This document shows positions 56,807 through 64,000 of a DNA stretch of 64,000 nt, in pieces (the first letter of the stretch is position 1; each line of letters opens with the position of its first letter). The DNA comes from Candidatus Woesearchaeota archaeon. GTDB lineage: Archaea; Nanobdellota; Nanobdellia; Pacearchaeales; GW2011-AR1. Under the pieces are notes generated by a model that searched no databases, was not told where the DNA came from, and saw only the letters and a program-made list of their open reading frames with translations. The stretch lies in contig CAZDXC010000001.1 of the NCBI GenBank assembly GCA_964509675.1, positions 6,336 to 70,335 of the forward strand, given 5' to 3'. The translations under genes were made by a program, and so were the position numbers.

Positions 56807-58096
56807 TCAAAATTCAATAATTTTAAGATTTTTTATATTCATATCTTTTATTCTTTTTTCATTTTTTAAACTCCAGTCATTAATGAATTCTCTTATATTC
56901 TTATCTATCTTTTTTCTTGAATATATTCTTCCTTTTCTAACAAAAGTATCCTTGTGATGTTGCCTGAAAATTTTCGCATTTTCTCTATCCTTTAAATAGG
57001 GTCCCTGCTGAATTATTTCTCTTTTTTTCTTCACAACAAAGAAAAATTTTGCTTCTCTTTTTTCGTTGTAGTCAAATCCCTTGTTATTTATCTTGTAGAA
57101 TTTTTCTATTTCGTTACTTAAATGTTTATAAAACTTAGCAAGCTTGCTTCCCGCAACATCTCCTTCCTGCTTGTCTGTTTCTGCTTCAATCAAAATAAAT
57201 TCAGATTTATTTTTTATTGCATTTTTCTTTATCTTTTCCAAATCAATTTCTTTTGTCTCAAAACTATTCAGAGAAGGAGTTTTTAGAAATTTTCTGCATG
57301 CTTTCTGAAATTCTCTGAAAGTTTCAGTGCTTAAAGCTGCAAGGGCATTCCTCTCCTTGTAAGTTGGGTCAATCAACACGATTGGGGAATTCATCTTTGC
57401 ACTGTTCATGTTCATTGCAATTTCATATTTATTTTTGTATAGCTTTCCAATGTCTATTATCTCCTTCTCCTTTATTTTTGTCATGACTTTTACAAAATTC
57501 AGAAAATTTTTGTAATGGTAAATTAAAAGTTCTATAGCATATCCTGAAAATCCATTTATGTAGCTTTCAGCACCATAGCATTTATTTGCATGGCAAAAAG
57601 CTTTTGCTAATCTTACTTCTTCAATCATTTTTTCTGTTTTTAACTTTTTTTTGATATAATTAACATGAAAATAAGACAAATCAGTTATGTTTTCCGCATC
57701 CTTTGGTTTTTTTACTTTCAGCACAGGAATTATTTCAACAAAAAAAACTGGATTTATGTCTATCTTAAAATAATCTCTTGAGCCATGAATCAAAATTAAG
57801 TTTCCTGACTTAAAACTTCTTAAGGCAGTTTCAGTAAGTTTTGAAATATTCTGTTTTCTATTTTTTTCATCAAATCTGACAAAAATATCCACATCATATC
57901 TCCCTTTTCTTATCATTGTTTTTTTTGCAAAGCTCCCCCCGACAAAAACCTGTGCATCTATCCTTTCTTTTTCTAATTTTTTCCCCAATTCATTTACAAA
58001 ATATTTCAGAAATTTTCCAATAGAACCTAATTCTTCTTTTGTAGGATTTATTTTTTTTATAACCTCTTTTAAAATTTGGTTAACTTTTTGTTTCAT
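56807..58096 (-). CDS. cca: class I CCA-adding enzyme
   Basis: GGSFAK.T...YDVDIF, HGSRDY, EVRLAKAF, YGAE..I.GFSGY..ELL, LIDP...RNA.AAL. Confidence 0.92.
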   Translation of the reverse strand: MKQKVNQILKEVIKKINPTKEELGSIGKFLKYFVNELGKKLEKERIDAQVFVGGSFAKKTMIRKGRYDVDIFVRFDEKNRKQNISKLTETALRSFKSGNLILIHGSRDYFKIDINPVFFVEIIPVLKVKKPKDAENITDLSYFHVNYIKKKLKTEKMIEEVRLAKAFCHANKCYGAESYINGFSGYAIELLIYHYKNFLNFVKVMTKIKEKEIIDIGKLYKNKYEIAMNMNSAKMNSPIVLIDPTYKERNALAALSTETFREFQKACRKFLKTPSLNSFETKEIDLEKIKKNAIKNKSEFILIEAETDKQEGDVAGSKLAKFYKHLSNEIEKFYKINNKGFDYNEKREAKFFFVVKKKREIIQQGPYLKDRENAKIFRQHHKDTFVRKGRIYSRKKIDKNIREFINDWSLKNEKRIKDMNIKNLKIIEF

Positions 58097-58146
58097 AATT
58101 ATTAAAACACAATAATACTTATAAACCTAATTACTTAAATGATGAA

Positions 58147-58569
58147 ATGCAGGGAGAAATAGAGCTTCCTATATTCAAAGTACCAATTTGGAAATTTCAT
58201 TTTCACAAATCCTTGGCAGGAACATTACAGGGAATAGAGGCATCTTATTTTTTGACAGAAGCAGAGAATAAAACACAGGCGAGATTAAGTTTAACAAACT
58301 CTGAGAATTTTTGGAAAAATTATAATCAATTATCAGTAGAAGAAAGGAAAAAATTGTATCCGTTTAAATTAAAAAGAGAAGGAAAAATAGAGAGGATTCT
58401 TGATTGTTCAATAAGACATAAAAATTCTCTTGGGGAATATATTTGTGGAAAACCAATGTCGGATTTTGGCGAGGAGCCTGATTTTAATGGAGAATTTGGA
58501 ATATGTTGCATAATGAAAGGATATGATCCTCTTGCGAGTGAGCAGTGTCCTTATTATAAAGAAGATTAA
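58147..58569 (+). CDS. hypothetical protein with Cys-rich C-terminus
   Basis: 140-aa ORF. Confidence 0.55.
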   Translation: MQGEIELPIFKVPIWKFHFHKSLAGTLQGIEASYFLTEAENKTQARLSLTNSENFWKNYNQLSVEERKKLYPFKLKREGKIERILDCSIRHKNSLGEYICGKPMSDFGEEPDFNGEFGICCIMKGYDPLASEQCPYYKED

Positions 58570-58976
58570 TTTTGTTCATCTGGATTTTTTATCTCTTTCA
58601 AATCTTTTACATTCTGATTTAAAGTAGAAGCCAGGTCAATTATATATTTGCCTTCTTCTACCTTGTATATCAGCGGCCTTTTTTTGTTAAAAACATTTAT
58701 CAAATCAATTTCAAATTTTCCGCTTCCAGTTACTCTGACAGATTCTATATCTAAAATTACAGGAACATCCTCTTCAATAATTCCTGCCATTTCTCTTATA
58801 TCCTTTTCAACCTGGCGTTTGTCTTCTGCAGGAATTTCAATGCTCTCTGCTATTTTAGGCAATTGTTCATCCCTGATATAAAAGAAAAAATGACTTCCGC
58901 AATTACTGCACCCTTCAAGCAATTCCTTGCTTCCTGCAGGATACAATTTTCCGCAGTGTACGCATTGATGTGGCAT
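58566..58976 (-). CDS. Zn-ribbon protein DUF2072 (OapC-like)
   Basis: MPHQCVHCG...LL.GC.NCG..FF, IES.R..G.G.FEIDL. Confidence 0.9.
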   Translation of the reverse strand: MPHQCVHCGKLYPAGSKELLEGCSNCGSHFFFYIRDEQLPKIAESIEIPAEDKRQVEKDIREMAGIIEEDVPVILDIESVRVTGSGKFEIDLINVFNKKRPLIYKVEEGKYIIDLASTLNQNVKDLKEIKNPDEQN

Positions 58977-59044
58977 TTTCTAATTTAACTGTTGTTTCTT
59001 ATTTTTATATTTAATTCCAAATCAGAGAATAACATTAGCATAAT

Positions 59045-59410
59045 TTAAGAAGAAAAGATATGATTATAAATTTTTATGTTTTGAGTCACATATACCAGTA
59101 GTTTTCCTGAACCCAAAAATCTATCTCCAAAACTTCCTGAATTAAGCAGATGATTATAAAATTCTTCATTTATTCGGAAATCTATTTTCTCTGCATCTCC
59201 AAAATAAGTATGTGAAGGAATTATCCTGACTTCTAAAAATTCTCTCTGAGCTTCTTCCAAAATCAATGTAGTGGGAATTTTTCTTCGACATTTGTTATCA
59301 TCGACTTCTATAAATTTTAACATCCCTTCAATTCGAGAGTTTCTGAGTGATAAAGTCTCTTCTTTTGTTAAATAACATTCTACTTCAAGACCAATTGAAG
59401 AAATTTTCAT
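59045..59410 (-). CDS. hypothetical protein
   Basis: 121-aa ORF between the DUF2073 and DUF2072 genes. Confidence 0.55.
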   Translation of the reverse strand: MKISSIGLEVECYLTKEETLSLRNSRIEGMLKFIEVDDNKCRRKIPTTLILEEAQREFLEVRIIPSHTYFGDAEKIDFRINEEFYNHLLNSGSFGDRFLGSGKLLVYVTQNIKIYNHIFSS

Positions 59411-59439
59411 AGATTATCCTTATGCCCTATATTTTATAA

Positions 59440-59856
59440 CTACTTATTAAGCAACAATTCAATTTTCTTTGGATTTCTTTTTATTTCCTTGACAATGCTT
59501 GCTGGACCTATAATTGTTATGGCACTGAAATCTCCTCCTGCGAGAATGTTGGCAATTCCTTTCCCCATTTTTCCAAAAAACCCTTCTTTTCCATTTCCTG
59601 AAATTACAGCAAGTTCAATTCCTTTGAATGATTTTATGTGTCCTATCATTGCCATTGTGTCTCCTATGAGTCTCGCTTCTTCGGTTGCAGATAATCTTCC
59701 CTGCAGAATAAGGATATTATTATCAAGAATTATTCCGAGAATTTTTTTTATTCTTTCATCACTATTTAAATTTCTGATTTCTGAAAAAGGAAGGAACTGA
59801 ATAGAAAATCCTTTTATCTTTCCAAGATGTTTTCCAACTCCTCTTTTTTTGCTCAT
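59440..59856 (-). CDS. DUF2073 protein (OapB-like)
   Basis: ERIKKIL..I....ILILQGRL...EEARLI..TM..I..F.GIE, TIIGPA. Confidence 0.9.
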   Translation of the reverse strand: MSKKRGVGKHLGKIKGFSIQFLPFSEIRNLNSDERIKKILGIILDNNILILQGRLSATEEARLIGDTMAMIGHIKSFKGIELAVISGNGKEGFFGKMGKGIANILAGGDFSAITIIGPASIVKEIKRNPKKIELLLNK

Positions 59857-59892
59857 CTTATACTAAACAAAATATGCTTTTTAATTTTTACT

Positions 59893-60013
59893 TTTTCAGT
59901 GTTTCGCGAAGTTTTGTTTTGCTTCGCAATGCCTATGCGTAGTGTGTTGTTGTGTTTCGCAATGCCTATGCGTAGTGTGTTGTTGTGTTTCGCAATGCCT
60001 ATGCGTAATGGCT
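59893..60013. repeat. 121-bp element with 33-bp tandem units, copy 2
   Basis: Units at 59922-59954 and 59955-59987 plus a partial; same flanks as the 24234 copy. Confidence 0.9.
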
Positions 60014-60017
60014 TTTA

Positions 60018-60659
60018 CTAAATCTTTTTTGATAATCTAAATACTGATTCATAAAACTCTTCCAGATTATCCCCAAATTTTGCACTTATACCAACGACAT
60101 CATATTCAGGAAAAGCAGCCTCAATCTTTTTCATATCTGCTTTTTTTAAATCAGTTTTATTTGCAACAATCAAAACAGGAATTTTTCTCGCAACCAAATT
60201 TCCTATTATTGTTATATTAACCTGATTATAAGGATTTTCAGTTGCATCAAGCACAACAACAACCATATTCATATCATCAAGCCATTTAATACTTTCAATA
60301 ACTCCCTGTGTTGCTTCTTTTGCTCTTTCTTTTGCCATTTTTTTTGGCATTTTGTATTTCAGAAAATTTTCATAGTCTATTTTTGTGGCAATACCAGGGG
60401 TATCTACCATCTTGAAAATCATTTTTTTTCCTTTGTAGGATATTTCAACCTTTTCCTTAAACTGCACTTTTCTTGTTTCATGAGGAATTTTGCTTACAGT
60501 TCCTATTTCCTGTCCTGTAAAATCCTTGCAGATTCTGTTTGCCAAACTGGTTTTTCCCGCATTTGGCGGCCCATAAAATCCCAATCTAATCTCTTTTTTG
60601 TTTTTAAATAAATTAGAAAAAATCCTCTTGAAAAAATTCTTAAAGATTTTTATTTCCAT
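60018..60659 (-). CDS. Era-like GTPase (OapA-like)
   Basis: GPPNAGKT, HETR, DTPG, EATQGV, NKTD, SAK. Confidence 0.92.
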   Translation of the reverse strand: MEIKIFKNFFKRIFSNLFKNKKEIRLGFYGPPNAGKTSLANRICKDFTGQEIGTVSKIPHETRKVQFKEKVEISYKGKKMIFKMVDTPGIATKIDYENFLKYKMPKKMAKERAKEATQGVIESIKWLDDMNMVVVVLDATENPYNQVNITIIGNLVARKIPVLIVANKTDLKKADMKKIEAAFPEYDVVGISAKFGDNLEEFYESVFRLSKKI

Positions 60660-60743
60660 ACTATCAATTCGTCTTTTTGGTTTATAAATATTTCAGTAAT
60701 AAAAGTGATATAATCATAAATTTATCGAATGAATCTGCATGTT

Positions 60744-63347
60744 TTATTTTTCTTTTCTTTTTAGAATTTTTTCTACAGGAATTTCAGGCATGCCTGTTCT
60801 TTTTCCTTCATATTTTCTTACTGCATATCTTATCTGTTCAGAGTTCCAGCCTGCCTTTTTCAGTTTTTCAATCATGTCTTTTTCATTTGTTCCTCTCTGT
60901 TTTTCATTTCCGATATAATTAATTAAATTATACAAATTATTCCTGTTTTTGAAAAGATAATTTTCATATTTTCTTTTGTACCAGAACTGCAGAAATATCC
61001 ATGCAGCTAATGCAACCAGAATAATACCTATTGCAATCAGAGAAAAAAGAATCCATTTTTTCAATGAACCTTCTGGTGTGAAAGGTGTCCATTCTGCCAG
61101 TGTCAATTCACTGATTGGAGGAGAAACAAAAGCAGGAAGATTCACAAAATCAACATTCTCTGTTGTGGAGAAAACAACATTATTTTTTCCTGAATTTAGT
61201 GTTATGTAAACATACCCGTTTTTTTCTTTTTTTGAATAATCTTCCTTGAACAAAAGATTCTTCATATTTTTTATTATTAAATATGCAGTTCCTCCGTTAT
61301 TTGTTACAGAGATGTCAAAAGTTTTCATGAATGGTTGTTCATAGTCCTCATAAATAGAAGATATCTCGTTATACACCATTATTGTATTTGTATTTGCTTC
61401 TTCCCATGCAAGAACTGCTTCCTTGTACCTGTTCTCTTTATTTTTCTCGTAACTCCCTCCCCCTATTTCTTTTATTATGTTCATATCAATATTATTTACC
61501 TGAGGATAGAAAGAAATTCCTTCACTGTAAGCAGTTTTTGCAATTGCTTTTGGAACATTTATTTCCAGCAACTCTCCAAGAACTGCTTCATATTGGGCTT
61601 CAGAACTTGCTCCAGAAATAGAATTTTTTAAAGTTGCAATCTTCTTTTCAGTTTCTTCAAGTTTTAATGAGTAATTTAATGCCTTTTTTTCAAATCCTGA
61701 AAAATTAGAAACTTGGTTTTTGACATATGCCAGGTTTGTTTCTGCCTCATCTATTAAATCAGGAACAATGGTGGATGCGGGCCCTACATTAATGCTGAAT
61801 TCTTTTGAAGAGCTTGTTCCCTTGGAATCAAGAAGAGTTATTGTGAATTTGTAATTTCCAACAGTATTATAAGTATGAATGACTGAATTTATGCTTGTGT
61901 TTTGAGAACTTCCGTCTCCGAAATTCCATGTGTATTTTGTTATATTTTGGCTGTCATTCAAAACAACACGGAATTTTGTCGGATATTTTATTGCAGTTTT
62001 TGTGGGAGTCAGAGATTTTATCAAAGCGACTTCTCCAACAAAAATCTTTTCTGAAAATATTTCATCATTATTTAAACTAACAGATAAAGTATGATTTCCA
62101 GATTCTGCAGGAGCCTTAAAGCCTGCATCGTTTAAATACAACTTTTGAAATTTGGAAGTTGTTATGGTTGCAGGACTTTCTTCTATATTATATAATTTGT
62201 TTGTTGTAGTTGATATTCCTGCAACATATGACAAAGACAAATCAGAAACATTCAGTTGCTGATTTACTCCAGAGAAAATTTTTATTGGTATAATGCAGTC
62301 TTTTGAACAGTCATTATTATAAACAGAAGAAATATAATTTTCAATATATTGTTCTATATTGGTTACAGGACTTCTTGCTTCAACCAGCCCGTTATTATCT
62401 AAAGTAAAATTTACATTGGGGGCATATTTTTTAGGTTTTGCAAAAATTTCAAAATCATAATCGTACTTGTTGTCATATGTTCCTGAAAAGCCGCACGGAG
62501 AAGTTTGTTCATAAGCAATTTTATATTTTCTGTCATCCATTGAACTTAAAGTTCCAACACATACAAAATAATCTCCATCTTTGTTTACTGAAAAATCAGG
62601 AGGAATGCAGCTTATTCTTCCGCTTCCGGATATTCCTGTCGTACAACTTCTTGATTGTCCTGTATCAACGTCCTGAATGCTGATATCAAAATCAACAGCA
62701 CCGCTTCCGGGCACCTCTTCCACATATGCTCCCATCTCAACTTCAGGAGTCTTCTTTAGAGTTATTCTTTCACAGTAAGGAGTTTGTGTTATTTCTGCTT
62801 TTTGCATGCCAGGAGTTCCTATAAAACATCCAAAGTTCTCTGTTCCAAAATTTGGAGAAGCAACATATGCCACCCATTCTTCCTGTCCGTCATTTAAAAT
62901 ATCTATCGAAAGAGGAAGTTTTTCTGTTTCAGGATTATTGCTTGTAAAATTAAGAGAAAAACCAGAGACATCAGTCAATATATTTTTCCTTGAAATATTA
63001 AGTCCTATTAGAACAGTTTCACTCTCATTTAAATTCAGAATTTTTAATGTTTGTTCGTTATTTGCAAGATAATTAGAATCACATAAAAGCGGATTACAAA
63101 CATAATCAAAAACAAGGTTTGAATTTTTCTCTAACAAATCAATTAAGCTTATGCTTTCTCCAAATGAGCTTTTCAGAACAGAATTTGCAGGTTCATTAGT
63201 TAAGCTTATGTTTACCCATCCTTTTATTGCACTTTCAGGAGCATAACTTTTTTCTATCAAATAATCTCCTTTTGTAAAACTCGCAGAAGCCATACTGACA
63301 AGAAAAATTATCAGCACAAAAAATACAACATTCATCCCTTTTTTCAT
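60744..63347 (-). CDS. large secreted PKD-domain membrane-anchored protein
   Basis: Signal peptide, PKD YTWNFGDG...HTY...G.Y, C-terminal TM and LKKAGWNSEQI motif. Confidence 0.8.
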   Translation of the reverse strand: MKKGMNVVFFVLIIFLVSMASASFTKGDYLIEKSYAPESAIKGWVNISLTNEPANSVLKSSFGESISLIDLLEKNSNLVFDYVCNPLLCDSNYLANNEQTLKILNLNESETVLIGLNISRKNILTDVSGFSLNFTSNNPETEKLPLSIDILNDGQEEWVAYVASPNFGTENFGCFIGTPGMQKAEITQTPYCERITLKKTPEVEMGAYVEEVPGSGAVDFDISIQDVDTGQSRSCTTGISGSGRISCIPPDFSVNKDGDYFVCVGTLSSMDDRKYKIAYEQTSPCGFSGTYDNKYDYDFEIFAKPKKYAPNVNFTLDNNGLVEARSPVTNIEQYIENYISSVYNNDCSKDCIIPIKIFSGVNQQLNVSDLSLSYVAGISTTTNKLYNIEESPATITTSKFQKLYLNDAGFKAPAESGNHTLSVSLNNDEIFSEKIFVGEVALIKSLTPTKTAIKYPTKFRVVLNDSQNITKYTWNFGDGSSQNTSINSVIHTYNTVGNYKFTITLLDSKGTSSSKEFSINVGPASTIVPDLIDEAETNLAYVKNQVSNFSGFEKKALNYSLKLEETEKKIATLKNSISGASSEAQYEAVLGELLEINVPKAIAKTAYSEGISFYPQVNNIDMNIIKEIGGGSYEKNKENRYKEAVLAWEEANTNTIMVYNEISSIYEDYEQPFMKTFDISVTNNGGTAYLIIKNMKNLLFKEDYSKKEKNGYVYITLNSGKNNVVFSTTENVDFVNLPAFVSPPISELTLAEWTPFTPEGSLKKWILFSLIAIGIILVALAAWIFLQFWYKRKYENYLFKNRNNLYNLINYIGNEKQRGTNEKDMIEKLKKAGWNSEQIRYAVRKYEGKRTGMPEIPVEKILKRKEK

Positions 63348-63389
63348 ATTATAAAATAGAATTCTAATTTTATAAATGTTTTTTGAGAA

Positions 63390-64000
63390 TTATTTCTTTC
63401 TTTTTCTGAATTTTTTCTTGAAAAATAATGAGACATAAATCAGTGCAATAACTACTACCGCAACTATGATTTCATAATAATCAAAGAAGGGAAGTTGAAC
63501 TTCTGCTGGGCAGGGAACAGTGCTGCTTCCTCCTGCTATGCATTTTTGATATGCTGGATTAGAAGGGTCTATTTCTCCTGTCCACTCTCCAGTCCATTTT
63601 ATAATCTTATAACCTGTTGGTTCTACATCACAGCCTTTTTCTATTGTTTGGGTTATCTTGCATCCTCCTAAAACTCCCAATGCTATCGGAGTTTGCACAG
63701 AGGAACATTTTCCTAATGAACAATATGTTTCACTTGAACAACTGTCCTGATCTCCGTCATTACAGTCTGATGATAAACATCCCTCTCCAACATCACACTT
63801 ACCATCATTATTGGACAAAGGTTCATTTCCTTCCAGACAACTTGCTCCCGGGTAGCAATAATCCATTCCTGCTATTGGTTCATGACATAATGTGAATCCA
63901 TAGCCACAGGAAGGAGTTTCTACAGGACTATCAGAATAACATTTTCCACCTTGGCATGTTGCTCCTGAAACACAACTTGCCTGATCTCCGTCACTACAAT
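63390..64000 (-). CDS. Cys-rich secreted/membrane protein, 5' part outside the window
   Basis: The frame stays open to the window edge (DCSDGDQASCVSGATCQGGKC echoes DCNDGDQDSCSSETYCSLGKC); C-terminal CP..V.LPFF plus TM. Confidence 0.75.
   Translation of the reverse strand, partial: CSDGDQASCVSGATCQGGKCYSDSPVETPSCGYGFTLCHEPIAGMDYCYPGASCLEGNEPLSNNDGKCDVGEGCLSSDCNDGDQDSCSSETYCSLGKCSSVQTPIALGVLGGCKITQTIEKGCDVEPTGYKIIKWTGEWTGEIDPSNPAYQKCIAGGSSTVPCPAEVQLPFFDYYEIIVAVVVIALIYVSLFFKKKFRKRKK

Overview
AT-rich DPANN archaeal chromosome segment, most likely Pacearchaeota/Woesearchaeota-like (inferred from the divergent archaeal 16S/23S, form III-type RuBisCO and reduced gene set). The housekeeping backbone comprises cysS, tRNA-Phe, RNase P RNA, one 16S-tRNA-Ala-23S operon on the minus strand, a pop5-psmA-SBDS-rrp4-rrp41-rrp42-rpoK-eno-rps2 run, RNase J, OFOR alpha/beta, mre11-rad50, psmB-aCPSF1, cca and oapABC-like genes. 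Four accessory regions stand out. (1) At 30.2-32.6 kb, a doubly frameshifted tyrosine recombinase lacking the IntI-specific insertion sits beside an array of single-gene cassettes. The cassettes are separated by three identical TAACAGGGGTTA cores with cassette-specific palindromic arms; this integron-like but non-attC system is the best candidate for an undescribed system. (2) At 47134-52054, a complete 4.9-kb transposon (13-bp TIR, 7-bp TSD) carries a RelA/SpoT-domain gene, an EcoRI-like methylase and a DUF262-HNH nuclease. (3) At 8.3-15.2 kb, a defence island contains a methylase / MORC-histidine-kinase / receiver-effector module. (4) The rRNA operon is heavily invaded: two group I introns (L2593 with a stop-interrupted LAGLIDADG gene, and L1931), an ORF-bearing stem-loop insertion in helix 45, an ORF in the spacer and a BHB intron in tRNA-Ala. 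All family assignments come from motif recognition by eye; no database search was run.
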